Assembly (NCBI RefSeq): GCF_006345805.1
Contig: NC_043007.1
Coordinates: forward strand, 31,744,001-31,808,000
Direction: 5' to 3'
Source of the DNA: Octopus sinensis
Taxonomy: Eukaryota
DNA: 64,000 nucleotides
Shown here: positions 1 through 13,611 of the stretch, in pieces
How the letters are laid out: each line of letters begins with the position of its first letter
How positions within the stretch are numbered: the stretch's first letter is position 1
Position numbers and translations under genes: made by a program
Notes under the pieces: generated by a model
The model's input: only the letters and a program-made list of their open reading frames with translations
Told to the model about the DNA's origin: nothing
Database searches by the model: none

Positions 1-984
1 GTAGATTCGCCTTATATTTCCCCTAATTAAGACATAGGGATTCCTTATACATATCAGACTTAATTTCTATCGACTGCATTCTGTTAACATTTTGCATTCG
101 GGAAGAGAAACCGAAAGCAAATGTTTGTTGTGGTGTGAGATGAAGTGGATGTCTGTTTGAAGCTGTTTATTCCTCTTTGTTTTGATACAATAATCATTCA
201 GCTTCGATCAGTTATTATCAGCCACGGAAGCTGACAAAAGGAAGAATGTGGAGATTATAAGCTGGCTTATTCGTCTACTGTAATTTTATTTGTTCTTTCT
301 GCGGAAAGTGTCCTATGATCAAATGGAATATTGACTCCATAAAAACCTGTCAGATGATGCTTTTTACTCCTGATGTGTGTGGAGGGGAGTTATAATTGCC
401 GTGCTCGGGATAATGAAGCCCCCATTTGCCAATAATCCATTAATCAGATAATATTGCTTCACAGCTGTCAGTCGCTAACCTGTTACCATCGTCAAAGAGT
501 CCCGTAATTCTGTTAGAATGTGGGACACTGCTGAAGAATTGGTTTTCGTGTAGAATTACGAGAGATTACATTGGTGTGGTTCCTCCAAGTCAACCCTATA
601 AGCTGTTGCAAATGCAAACCATTTGCACTTGGTTATATTTCTCTTGATTAACCAAGAATCGGTAAATTACAATAGTCAATACATAAACGCGTAGAGAATT
701 CTTCAGTAACTAACTGAAAGACTCGTAATTGCAATTCTTTGAGTTCCACGTTTCCGCTCATTCCGTTGGTGATCCGAGCCAGCTTTTCTTTTGGAAATAT
801 TTGCTGCTTGGATGTATTTTCGAAATATTATGTGAAAGCTATGAAGAAAATGCCTGTCTTTATATGTGTGTGTAAAGGATAGCATTTGGTGAATTATCCT
901 CTCACTTTCGCTTCGATGAAACAACGGATGCTAATCGCCAGCTTGTTTACAATCATGACACGATGTCAAGACAAGGGTATCCCC

Positions 985-1173
985 TACACACACACACACA
1001 CACACATACATACATACATACATACGTATAAGTTTATCATGTCTAGATATGCAACTGTATGCATGAGATTGCATACGTGGAGCAAAACATACAAATCTGC
1101 ACACTTCATACATACATACATACATACATACATACAAACATGCATACATACATACATACATACATACACACAC

Positions 1174-1204
<31 letters not shown>

Positions 1205-1399
1205 TACATACATACAAACATGCATACATACATACATACACACATACATACATACATACATACATACATACATACATACATACATACATGCATGCATGCA
1301 TGCATGCATACATACATACATACACACACACACACATACATACATACATGCATGCATGCATGCATGCATACACACACACACATACATACATACATACAT

Positions 1400-1439
<40 letters not shown>

Positions 1440-1560
1440 ACATACATACATACATACATACATACATACATACATACATACATACATGCATGCATACATG
1501 CATACACACACACACACACACATACATACATACATACATACATACATACATACATGCATG
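985..1560. repeat. Compound (TACA)n/(CA)n/(TGCA)n microsatellite
   Basis: Read directly from the sequence; source of the spurious HT/MYVC ORFs. Confidence 0.97.
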
Positions 1561-2707
1561 AAATTTCAACATCACCAACAGGGTATTTTTGTATGTATGT
1601 ATGCATGCATGCACACCGGCACAAGTGCCAGTAAGGTGACGCTGAGCCCAACTAATGAGTGGAATGCAGATTCAGTATCAGGGGTCAGTTAAGGGTACAA
1701 ACAAATCTTGTAATTTATAAGCAGCACAGATATATATAACTCTTCATCTTGTTTGCATACATGTTGAATGGGAGAACATGTTCTAATATGCCCTGTTTAC
1801 CATGTAGGCATGGGTTGGACAGTTTTACAGGAGCTGGCAACCCAGAGAGCCACACTAGGCTCTAATTGTCTTAGCATGGTTTCAATGGCTGGATGCCCTT
1901 CCTACAGCCAACCACTTTACAGAGTGTACCAGGTGCTTTTTACATGGCCCCAGCACACTCATACAATAGTCTTTGTGTTTGTCCCCACTGCTTGGCAACT
2001 GGTTTTGATGTGTTTATTCCTGTGACTTAGCTGTTTGGCAAAAAGAGACCAATAGAATAAGTACCAGGCTTTAAAAATAAAATAAGTGCTGGGGTTAACT
2101 CATTTGACTAAAAATCCTTCAAGGTGGTGCCCCAGCATGGCCACAGTCCAAAGACTGAAACAAGTAAAAGAATTAAAGATGAATTAAGACAGAATTCTCA
2201 ATAAGGTGTGCTTCTAATTTTTAAGACAGTTCAGGTATTTAATTATATTTTGTCATTTATCAATATATTATAAGGAAAGAAAGGGTATTTTCAAGGTAAT
2301 ATCGAAAAGTTCCTACACTAATTCTGCAGCATGCCAACAGATGGCAGCACATGGTTGCATGCCTAGAGGGAGCTAGCGGTGACCTTCATGAGACAAGGTG
2401 CTGAATGACATCGTTGTGTTTACTTTGCAAGTTGTGAAATTTGTGTTTTTGTGACCATGTGTATGCTGTAGTCTGTGATGATTGTTGTCAGGGGCAGGAA
2501 GTTGGAACAAAGAGCTAATGGGAAATTTTGCATTAAACTTAGGAAGTCTGCTACAGAGACATTGAGCATGCTGTGGCAAGCTTAAGGCAACGAGGCAATG
2601 GGTTGTATGCGATGCTCCAAGTGGCATGGGTGCTTCAAAAGCGGAAAAACATTGATGGAAGACCATGAGCGATCTTGAAGACCTGCCGTGAGCGTCACCC
2701 CCAGAAA

Positions 2708-3100
2708 TCATCATCATCATCATCATTTAACGTCTGTTTTCCATGCTAGCATGGGTTGGATGGTTCGACCGGGGTCTGGGAAGCCAGGAGGCTGCACTAG
2801 GCTCAAATCTTAATCTGGCAGTGTTTCTACAGCTGGATGCCCGTCTTAACGCCAACCATTCTGTGAGTGTAGTGGGTGCTTTTTACGTGCCACCAGCACA
2901 GGGGCCAGGAGGCTGGCAAATGGCCACGATTGATTGGTGCTTTTTACATGCCACCAGCACGGACGCCAGTCAAGGCGGCACTGGCATCGGCCACATTCGG
3001 ATGGTGTTTTTTATGTGCTACCGGCACAGGTATCACAACTACAATTTCCATTTGATTTTTATTTTGATGTTGATGTACTTGACTCAATAGGTCTCCTCAT
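2708..3100 (-). mobile_element. 3' UTR fragment of the same RTE LINE as 27571-29850
   Basis: Closely similar to 27571-28020. Other copies lie at about 5640-5760, 6200-6600, 9075-9430, 19548-19740 (+), 19830-20010 (+) and 31800-32030. Confidence 0.85.
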
Positions 3101-3489
3101 ACACAAGTTATATTTTTTATTAAACATAACTAGTCCAGGAACTTTTCGATACCACCTTGTAGATGGGTGAAGCAGTAGTTTTTGATATTTAGTTTGAATC
3201 CTGCCAGAACTAACTTTGAATTTTATGTTTTCTGATTCCTTAAAGTAAGCACCAAGTTGATTTGATGAGATTTGAAACCATGATGCAGAGAACCAGAATG
3301 AACACTGCTTAAGATTCTATCTCATGTTAGCGTTAGGCTCACAGCCATTATTGATACATAATGTATTGATTTGTGAATGGCGGTTCCTTTGTGATATGCT
3401 AGGTGTGCTGGGAAAATATTATAAGGTACATCTACCATCGTTTATCACAGGAGTTTGGTACCAGAAAAGCAAGGATAAATGCATCATCT

Positions 3490-3590
3490 CCCCATCATCA
3501 GAATTATCCACATGCATTGTAAACGGAACGAATCGTGGATTCATTGATATCAATCTTGTGGCCCACAGCAATAGCAGCGAACCCTGCTGT
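3490..3590 (-). mobile_element. Possible pogo/Tigger HTH remnant
   Basis: A short frame FAAIAVGHKIDINESTIRSV resembles the CENP-B/Tigger N-terminal HTH motif INESTVRSI. Confidence 0.35.
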
Positions 3591-4301
3591 ACACTTTCTC
3601 TCGCTCTTACTTTCTGTTATGTCTGTATTTCAAAGGGCCAGCCTTGTCACACTGAATCTCTCTGAGAACTACTTTAAGGGTAAACATGTCTGTGGAGTTA
3701 ATTCCACGAGCAGGCTGTTCCGTTGATCGGATCAACTGGAACCCTCGTCATCGTAATCGACCGAGTGCCATGATACTCAAGTGAATACAGTAATAATTTT
3801 CTGTAGTTTAGATTTATATATCAATAAACCACAATATATAAATTCCTTCCGGTTTTTTCTTTTTAATTTATAGTTTTATTTGCTCTAAGCTGTGTTGCAT
3901 GTCCAAAAGGTTCCGTCCAGAATTGCAACTTCTGTACGAATTATCTCCCTTACACTGACACTTGAATTTCAATTACGAGCCAGACGATCACTTTTCTGGG
4001 GGTTTTTTTGGTTTCCCGTTTTCTCTTTTCTTTTTGGAAGAGAAAGATTTTTTGTGGCTTTCATGTCTTTTTAAAAGTGTAAATGAACTGACTTCGACCG
4101 TGAACCGGAACAAGATTGCAGACTCAGCCTAGTTTTGGCATCACTGGTTCGATGCTGACTTAAACACGTACCAGACGACATCATGTTTCATCCCCTCCCC
4201 ATCTTCTCTCCCTCTCTCTCTCTCTCTGCCTCCCTCCCTCCCTCTCTCTCACTGTTTATATTTGAGCATATTTCTCTGTCTTAGAAGGAAAGTGTTCATA
4301 T

Positions 4302-4655
4302 CTCTTTTACTTGCTTCAGTCACTCGACTACGGCCATGCTGGAGCACCGCCTTTAGTCGAACAAATCAACCCCGGGACTTATTCTTTGTAAGCCTAGTGC
4401 TTATCCCATCGGTTTCTTTTGCCGAACCACTAACTTACGGGGACGAAAACGCACGCACACACACACACACACACGCACACACACACATATATATATATAC
4501 ACGGCGGGCTTCTTTCAGTTTCCGTCACCCAAATTCACTCACAAGGCATTGGTCGACCCGAGGCTATAGTAGAAGACAACTCGCCCGAGGTGCCATGCAG
4601 TGGGACTGAACAAGGAAAGATGTGATTGGGAAACAAGCTTCTTACCACAACAACT
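4302..4655 (-). mobile_element. tRNA-derived SINE, family A (head, internal microsatellite, tail)
   Basis: Homologous to many copies in the window. The consensus head has an A box gtggctgtgtggt and a B box ggttcagtccc. Confidence 0.85.
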
Positions 4656-4749
4656 GTGTTCAATTAATAAATTTTTATATCTCTCTCTCACTTTTTCTGT
4701 CTGTATGTGTGTGTGTGTGTGTGTGTGTGTCTGGCACCACATAGTTGAG

Positions 4750-5082
4750 ACCCCCTTCGGTCATGACTGACCATGGGATTGCACCTATAAAGTTCCCTTC
4801 CCAGGCACAAGTCCGAGCAAGGTTGTTTATGGAAGACCAGCAGTCGCCCATGCATACCGGCCTCCCCTGTTCATGCCACCAGTGTTATCCAAGGGAAAGG
4901 CAAAGGGGCCAATACAGGTTGGCATCAGTGATGTCACAACTCATTTCTACAGCTGAGTGAACTGGAGCAGCGTGAAATAAAGTGTCTCGCTCAAGAACAC
5001 AACACGCAGCCCGGTCCGGGATTCGAACTCACAACCTCACGATCGTAAGCTTGATGCTCTAACCACTGAGCCATGCACCTCT
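4750..5082 (-). mobile_element. tRNA-derived SINE, family D
   Basis: The minus-strand head reads tggctcagtggttagagc ... gagttcgaatcccgg. Homologous copies lie at 24164-24470 and 27330-27537. Confidence 0.85.
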
Positions 5083-5266
5083 ACCAATAACACGCTGAAT
5101 GTCCAGTCGGCCGTGCCAAATCGTTAGCACCTTTTCCACTGCTTCCTGTCATCTCCTTTCTGTTGCTGTGTAAGAATACACAATAGACCCAAGCGAGTTG
5201 TTCCCCTTGTCACGACAGCCAACCACCACTGACCGTACCCCGCCGTCGTTGGTGATTGATGTAAAC

Positions 5267-5467
5267 CAGTGGTTTTCAACCAGGGTTCCGCCAGTACAGT
5301 CCAGGGGTTCCGCAAGAAATTACAAAACTGCTAAAATCAGCAGTAATTTTTAATTCTCCTGTGCAGATATGTGTGCATAAGACAATTAAATTATTGCACA
5401 GGGGTTCCTCGAGCCAGTGGAATGTTTCCTTGGGGTTCCGCTCCAGCAAAAAGGTTGAAAAGCACTG
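5267..5467. mobile_element. hAT-type MITE with a perfect 8-bp TSD
   Basis: TIRs CAGTGGTTTTCAACC and GGTTGAAAAGCACTG, flanked by ATGTAAAC at 5259-5266 and 5468-5475. Confidence 0.88.
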
Positions 5468-5870
5468 ATGTAAACCAACCATCATACATAATAAGAACTG
5501 TCAGGAAGAATGGCAGAGAATAAATACCAGGAGTTCATATTTCACTTTTTTCTATTTGAAATTTTTTCTTTTCTCTAAAGACAACTGTTTTACATCATAT
5601 AGCTTAAAGAAGGCTTTATCAGGAGAGATATATATTCGTCGTCATCATCATCATTTAAAGTACACTTTTCCATGCTTGTATGGGTCAGACGGAATTTGTT
5701 GAGGCAGATTTCCGACAGCTGGATGCCCTTCCTGTCACCAACCCTCACCTGTTTCCAAGCAATGTAATATTCCCCCAAAAGCCAGGCAAGCAACATCATT
5801 TGTGTGATAGTGATGCTCGTTTGCAAACATCACGTGATGTCAAGGCAAGGGGATATATTAATGCATGCAC

Positions 5871-5903
<33 letters not shown>

Positions 5904-5918
5904 AACACACACACACAA

Positions 5919-5959
<41 letters not shown>

Positions 5960-6624
5960 CAATTGTATGTTTTAAATATTTTTTCAAAGCCTAAACAAGT
6001 GAAATCAGCTCTCAACACCTTTTCTCCATAAATTCCTTGAAGAAGGCCTCCTAACCCTAACCACTAGGCCGCCATCTGTCTGTCTATATATAGACAGATA
6101 GATGGTTTGGAAACAATTTATAGGCGCAGGAGTGACTGTGTGGTAAGTAGCTTGCTTACCAACCACATGGTTCCAAGTTCAATCCCACTGCGCGCACTCC
6201 GAGAGTGTAGTGGGTGCTTTTTACGTGCTTTTTATGTGCCACCAGTCAGGTGGTACTGGCAACGACCCTGCTTGAATTTTTTTACACATGCCACCAGCAC
6301 AGGTGCCAGTAAGGCGACGCTGGTAACGATCACGCTCAAATGGTGCCTTTTACGTGCTACCGACACGGAAGCCAGTTAGCCGCTCTGGCAACGATCATGC
6401 TCGGATGGTGCTCTTAGTGCTCCACTAGCATGGGCACAAGTGCCAGTAAGGTGACGCTGGTAACGATCACACTCGAATGGTGCCTTTTATGTGCCACTGG
6501 CATAGAAGCCAATTAGCCACTCTGGCAACGATCATGCTTGGATGGTGCTCTTAGCACCCTACTAGGACGGATGCTGGATGCCAGTCATCGATTTTGATTT
6601 AGGGGTACCATGATGCTGCCGTTC

Positions 6625-6790
6625 TGTCAGATATTTGTACTATGGGGTTATCTATTCTCTCAAATTGCTGTTTTGTGGGATAGTTCTTCCATCAAATAGC
6701 TATTTTGTCGGATAGTTCTATCAAATTGCTCTTTTGTGGGATATTTGTTCTGTCAAATAGCTGTTTTGTGGGATAGCTGTTCTATCAAAT
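6625..6790. repeat. Degenerate minisatellite, unit about 30 bp, 5-6 copies
   Basis: Repeated tcaaatagctgttttgtgggatagttct-like units. Confidence 0.75.
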
Positions 6791-7656
6791 AACAGTCCTG
6801 TATAATTACCATTCTGTTTAGTAGTTATACAGTGGAATTGATGTATCTATTAAAAAGCTCCCTGCATTTAAAAAAAAAAACCCAACCATTTCCACGTTTG
6901 TATTCCGTCTCCCTGCGTCTTTCATTCTCTCTCTCTGTTTTCATATGGTTCTTTTAACATTTATTTATTCCAGAAATATCCGGTAGGTGATTTCCTGATA
7001 CTTTCCCAGATTTTTTATGTAAGGATTAACAATATTTTGACAATGTACACCTCAATGCAGTTTTCTTCTTTTTTTTTTTATTCCTAGTTTTTTGATACTT
7101 TTCTGGAATGCAACACCTAAATTTTGATGTCAACCTTCTTGCTGATATGAATGCTTGCATTTCCTTTTTCAGTCCTTTTTTTATGTCATTTTTCACATCA
7201 ACCAGAAAATATAGACGGAAATATCCACTCTGCCCTTTCTCTCTCTCACCCTATTATTTTTATTAGTTCTTTGTTTTCCTTGTGCACGTTTGTATGTGTA
7301 ATTGCGTATTGTTTATTAGACATTCAAATTAGATTATTGCTACAGTTATATATTATTATTGTTATTACTATTGTTATTAGCTTCGAGTTGCCTGTGGTAG
7401 ACATGTCTTTTACGAGCTTATGTATTTCACAAAAAAAGATATTGGATCACTTTCTAAAATGGATGCTTTTTATGTTGTGTTTTTGTTGACCCCATTACAT
7501 AGAGAGGTGAGGAACGTTTTGCCCTGTTGGGCAGGATCCGGTACAAAGAACTTTACATATTAATTTTTTATGTAGAACACTTTTGTAGATAGACATGTAT
7601 TCAAAAACAGACATCTGTACTTTGAGAACCAAGAATTTTAATCATAACTTTTCCAG

Positions 7657-7709
7657 TGTCATCAGCCAAAAACGAACCACTGGACACAAACTGGTTAAAA
7701 AAACCAAAG
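7657..7709 (+). CDS. Candidate internal exon of an unidentified gene
   Basis: Acceptor acttttccag| and donor AAG|gtaaaa. Reads xSSAKNEPLDTNWLKKPK, ending in phase 0. Confidence 0.45.
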
Positions 7710-8013
7710 GTAAAAAATGTGAGAGAAATATGTTACAAAAGTTAGTATGTTCTTGCACAAGGAATATTCCCAGAGAGAATCAAGGAGGAAAGTAACATAT
7801 CTATATTGCCAAAATAACTATTGGAAGAGGCTCTGGCCAGTGCATGGAATGGTGTCGTTTCTGTCAACCTGGACAGAGGACTAGGTACATACAATGGAAG
7901 TGTGTGCCTAGTCCTTAAGACAAATGACAATGTGAGGCAACAGACAGATTTGGTGTACCACTCATGCTTATAGCCTGCTTACATGGAGATAATGAGATCC
8001 ATTGGTTGGGCTG

Positions 8014-8633
8014 CAGTGGTTCTCAAATGTTTTTTATCTATGGACCCCTTTCATTGCTATTTCACTCTACTGGTCCCCAATGTTAAAAAAATCCTATTAT
8101 ATTTTCATAATTAAATATTCTCTTTTACTTGTTTCAGTCATTTGACTGTGGCCATGCTGGAGCACCGCCTTTAGTCGAGCAAATCGACCCCAGGACTTAT
8201 TCTTTGTAAGCCTAGTACTTATTCTATCGGTCTCTTTTGCCGAACCGCTAAGTTACGGGGACGTAAACACACCAGCATCGGTTGTCAAGCGATGTTGGAG
8301 GGACAAACACAGACACACATATATATAAACACGAAGGGCTTCTTTCAGTTTCCGTCTACCAAATCCACTCACAAGGCTTTGGTTGGCCCGAGGCTATAGT
8401 AGAAGATACTTGCCTATGGTACCACATAGTGGGACTGATCCCAGAACCATGTGGTTGGTAAGCAAGCTACTTACCACACAGCCACTCCTGCGCCTATTAA
8501 GAATTGTATTTAAAAAAATTGAAATATTTTGTGCATTGTTGATATATAACTGATTCATTGTTCATTAACTTTAACAACAAAACCATGTCATGGATCCCCC
8601 AAGTGTCATGCAGACCCCAGTTGAGAACCACTG
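8014..8633. mobile_element. hAT-type MITE containing a nested SINE (about 8120-8497)
   Basis: TIRs CAGTGGTTCTCAA and TTGAGAACCACTG. A family-A SINE interrupts the internal sequence. Confidence 0.75.
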
Positions 8634-9447
8634 GGCTGGAGGCATTCGTCGTGACTATTAGTTTATCATTTCCATAGATGCTTAGAATAAGCAGATGGGG
8701 AGCATAGAGGTAACAGAAAACAACTAATGGGTTGTTTTTCCTCCAGTCAGGGTTGAGGGAAAAGGTTCCAGCATAGGGTAAAGGGTTGTTAGGGCATCAG
8801 ACAAGATGCCCTTTGGTATTTGTTCTGGCTTTCTATATTCTTGAGTTCTTGGGTGATGGACTTGAAATGTTTCTCAGTTTACAACCACTGCTTGGTCCTT
8901 GTGGGACTTAAGTAGAATTTACTTTGCTGTAAGTGTTTGAGTCGAGTGTCTGTTTTGAAGATCCTCCTGTCAGTCTTGGGAATCTTGTAAAGTAAAGGGT
9001 CATGGGTGCTACCCTAACGTCTCTGACTTAACAATAAAAATAGACGGGCTCAAATTCTAATATCCCTGCCACCATCATCATCATCATCATCATTATCATT
9101 TAACGTCCATTGTCCATGCTGGCATGGGTTGGACAGTTTGACCGGGGCTGGTAAGCTGGACGGCTGCATCAGACTTCAGTCTGATGTGGCATGGTTTTCT
9201 ACAGCTGGATGCCCTTCCTAACACCAACCACTCCAAGAGTGTAGGGGGTGCTTTTATGTGCCACCAGCATGGATGTCATTTGCGTGACACTGGTATCTGC
9301 TACGACTGCGATTTTACTCAGCTTGATGGGTCTTCTTCTCAAGCATGGCCTAATGCCAAAGGTCTCGGCCATTGCTTCCATGAGGCCCAACGTTCAAAAG
9401 GAACTCAGCCACTTTGCCTCCATGAGGCCCAACGCTCTGTAATAATA

Positions 9448-9495
<48 letters not shown>

Positions 9496-9729
9496 AGAAC
9501 TCAGGTGTACTATGACTCATCAGAAAAAGTAGCCAAAAGTGCATGAACATTACATAGAATAAAGCACGGGAAGTGAACAGTGATTGAGTCATAGACCACA
9601 TGGTTAGAAGCAAACCTCTCCTCCACACAGCCACACCCGTACCTTGCTAGGGCTGCATCTAAATATAATACTTTTAAAATGGACGGTTTTTTTTATCAAA
9701 GAACTTGGTAGAGGCATTCTTACACTAGT

Positions 9730-10194
9730 TGGTATCACCATATTTCTGTTGAGATGCTCTGTGTTTCATTCAATTAATTTTAAATATAAAGAAAGAATTT
9801 AGTAAAATAATTTAGTTATCATTAAGCTAGTGTTAGGGATATAAATTGTGACTAAAGTTTGGTGGAAGATTTTAATTCAGAACTTATGAAAACAAGACAT
9901 TTGTACTTCAGAGCCAGAGCCGGTTTCAGCTGGGTTGGTATCAAAAGGGTTAAACAGACTCAAAATAATAAAAAATTCTTCCATATTTATTTTGAGATGC
10001 TCTGCATTTCTATTAATTACTTTAATTATAACAAAGAATTTAGTAAAATTACTTAGTTATCATTAAACTAGTGTTAAGAACATGAATTGTGACTAAGGTT
10101 TAGTGGAAGATTTTAATTCAAAACTTATGAAAACAAGACATTTGTACTTCAGAGCCAGAGGCGGTTTCAGTCGGGTTGGTCATGAAAGGGTTAG
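9730..10194. mobile_element. Two tandem copies of the same piggyBac-like MITE
   Basis: Two diverged units of about 220 bp, ending aaagggttaa (9953) and aaagggttag (10194). Confidence 0.6.
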
Positions 10195-10412
10195 AGTACC
10201 GTTTTAAAGAGTTATGAACTCTGTGACCCTGAACACTTAGCACAAGAGAATTTGTATTTTTCTCAATGATGTTAAAGAATGCATTCTTTTTTAAAAGATA
10301 ATCATTTGAGTTGAAAGAGACTTGGTTGCTATTTCTAACAGGACAAGTTGGCACATAGAGTTTTCTTTGTTGGATGGTGGTAGTCACAACAACAGCAGCA
10401 GCTCTAGTACAG

Positions 10413-10452
<40 letters not shown>

Positions 10453-10766
10453 CAGTAGCAGCAGTACAAGATATGAACATTATGTGGTGGTGTTGGTGGT
10501 GGTTGCTACATTTGTTTAGCCCCGAGTCAGCTCTGACCAAGCAGACCTGTGATCAAAACATGATTCAGTCGTGGCCATCTCACCTTATTTTCAGGCAGTG
10601 CATCCGGTCCAGGACTCCACATTATCTGATGCTATCCTTCTAATTTTAAGAAAGTAAGGTGTGGGCTTGAGACGAATCTGGCTGTTATTTCTAGCGTACT
10701 GAGTGAAAGTAGAAACTGCTTTGTTGGTTTATGGTACATACGCACCAGGATGATAACATGTGTAAT

Positions 10767-10804
<38 letters not shown>

Positions 10805-10849
10805 ATATGCATTGTAATAATGGTAGGTGTAGATATGTAATGGTAATTC

Positions 10850-10851
10850 AT

Positions 10852-10928
<77 letters not shown>

Positions 10929-10936
10929 GGTGGTGT

Positions 10937-10971
<35 letters not shown>

Positions 10972-10972
10972 G
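10850..10972. repeat. (TAG)n/(TGG)n microsatellite
   Basis: Read directly from the sequence. Confidence 0.95.
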
Positions 10973-12460
10973 AGATGTTAGCCCTACACAAACCCATTTT
11001 TACCTCTGGGAAGAGGTGATCCATATTAATGTGGTCTCTATTCCTTTGACCTGTCCAGTACGAGAGGCCCCTACGAGAACCTTGCATTCCTGGCAGAGCT
11101 CTCAGAGTCACTGCTACCAAAATAGGATCTTGTGGTAGAAAAACATTTGTGCCTTGATCCTGTTTGTTATTTTAGTGATATATAAGAAAATGTCATCTAA
11201 CAAATTTTTTACCTTAATCATCACTAAAGATCTCTCCCTGCAACTTCAAATCCTCAATATTGCAGGGACTGCATCACAAAGACTGGTCTTCCTCTTCGGG
11301 ACCAGAAAATATTTCAGTTACCAGTTACCTATTCAAAGGTCCTACCATGAGTTCCAGTCCTTGCTGCATTGTGGTAGCTTGTGTACCCTCTTGGTAGGGT
11401 TTCGCATGCTGGACAGGTCAAAGGATAGTGGCCAGGCTAATAGAGACCACCTCTTCCCAGAGGTAAAAATGGGGTTGCATAGAGCCAACAGCCTTACCTA
11501 GAAAAAAAGCATCAATGACAATTCAAAGCCAAGAAGACCTGGAAGAGGAGAAGAAGACAGCCCAGAATCAAGAGAAAATCATTGATGCCCTGTACTCCGT
11601 AAAGAGCAAAAGGCTTAACTTAACCCAACTATTCTATCCAATGTGCTAATAATTCTGGTGAAGGCACATGGCTTAGGGGTTAGGGTGTTCGGCTCATGAT
11701 CATGAGGTCATGAGTTCAATTCCCAGCAGTGCAGTGTGTCCTTGAGGAAGACGCTTTATTTCACATTGCACCATTAAGTCAAAGGGGCCAGCCTTGTCCG
11801 TTTTCATTAATTAAATCGAATGTTATGAACACAGCAAGACACAACAGCAATTAGTGTTTTGTCACGTGTGAATCTGCTGGGTTTTGTGTCTGTGTTTGCC
11901 ACACACCCACCCTGCCACTGCTTGACAACCAGTGTTTGTTTGTTTACATCCACAAAATTTAATGGTTTGATGAAAGAGGCCAGTAGAACAAGTACCACAT
12001 ACTCTGCAAACAATAAGTTCTGGGGTCGTTTGTTTGACTCCTTTAAGGTGGTGCCCCAGCATGGCCACACTCCAATGACTGAAACAAGTAAAAGCCACAG
12101 TAGAAAAACACTTGCATAAAGTGCTGCGCAGAGGGATTGAACTTGAAACCACACAGCTAGGAAGCAAGCTTCTTAAACCACACGGCCATGCTAGCTCTTA
12201 TTCTTTATTATACAAAGCTTGCTAGATTTATTAATTTAGACAAGATAATGCTAATCCCTTTTACATTCTGCACAATTTACAAAGTATTGTGTCTTTTAAT
12301 CCTCCCATTATACAGATGCCATAGTTTATAATGAGATTCTTAAGTTTTCAATAATCCTCTTCTAGCGCCAATGGAATATAACTGATGCCAAAGAAGGACA
12401 CTGAGACACTTATGTTCTAACTACAAAACAAAGAAATTTGTGTGTGTGTGTGTGTATGTA

Positions 12461-12526
<66 letters not shown>

Positions 12527-13384
12527 ATGGACGTCTTTCAGTTTCTGTCTACCAAATCCACTCACAAAACTTTGGTTGACCTGAGGCTATAGTAGAAGAC
12601 ACTTACCCAAAGTGCCATGCAGTGGGACTGAACCCGGAACCATGTGGTTGAGAAGTAACCTTCTTATCACACACAGCCATGCCTACAGAACAATAGTTAG
12701 CATCTCCCTCTAGTAATGCCAAATGCAGCTATCTTGTTAAAATAACTGACACGTTCCTGGTTATCTTTCTTTAATATGTTAAACAATCTACTAAGGTATA
12801 TCTTTGTTGTGTGTCATCATATGATGATGAACCGTTGTGTTGTGGCTGTCATATGACACAGCATAAGTTCAAAGTCAGGTGTCCAAGAAATTTCAGCTAC
12901 ATCAGTGATAAGCACTTTCTAAGCCATACATACTCACATACCTTGAGATATATATACAAATTCCAACTCTACATTTTGCATGCTCTTGTGGCAGCCTGCA
13001 TGTCTTCATATAAATATTTCTTCTTCTGGTTTCAGTTATTAGATTCTGGCCATGCTGGAGCATAATCCTCAAGAGCTTCCAGTCAATCGTTTCTGTTGCT
13101 TACTTATTTTATTGGTTTTTATTTATCAAAAGGTTAAACTGGACTTGTTGACGTGATACCAGTAAGAAACGATTTCATTAGAAGCAGAAGAAGAAAGTTG
13201 GTATTCATAAGAATGTGGTAGAGAGGAAACGATGGTTAAAGACAATTATTCTAGTTTGACCAAAGGAAAAAGAAACAGAATGATAGCAACTTCTGTGTTG
13301 GTTATATTTAATGTGAGGGATTGTTTGGGTCTATTAGATAATGTTGTTTCTTTCTACAAAACCAGGGTCACATCTGGAACACCT

Positions 13385-13611
13385 TTGACCCTTTCATTAC
13401 CATATTTATTTTGAGAAGCTCTGTGTCTTTCAATTAATTTTAAATGTAAGAAAGAATTTAGTAAAATAACTTAGTAATCATTAACCCAGTGTTAGGAACA
13501 TAAATTATGACTAAGGTTTTGGGGAAGATTTTAATTCAAAACTTATGAAAACAAGACATTTATACTACAGAGCTAGGGCAGTTTCAGGTGGGTTGGTATT
13601 AAAATGGTTAA
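13385..13611. mobile_element. piggyBac-like MITE (TTAA-CCC type ends, decayed)
   Basis: Ends ttgaccctttcattacc and ggtattaaaatggttaa. Same family as 9730-10194 and 30601-30660. Confidence 0.55.

Noticed and set aside
1-880. Non-repetitive-looking sequence at the window start
   Set aside because: No recognisable ORF, splice pattern or repeat termini; possibly an old decayed transposon.
886-1692. Long His/Thr/Tyr/Ile-rich or Met/Tyr/Val/Cys-rich ORFs (also at 37162-38375, 26347-26851, 41370-41631, 44185-44602 and 53000-53610)
   Set aside because: These are translations of (TACA)n/(CA)n/(TA)n microsatellites, which lack stop codons in several frames.
3880-4200. CpG-richer segment with CCGGAA and TCAGTT motifs as a promoter
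   Set aside because: No linked exon chain could be established, and the motifs are too short to support a call.
4750-5082. tRNA genes suggested by A/B boxes (also at 30771, 33277 and about 41720-41775)
   Set aside because: They lack a full cloverleaf and continue into repeated SINE bodies, so they are tRNA-derived heads.
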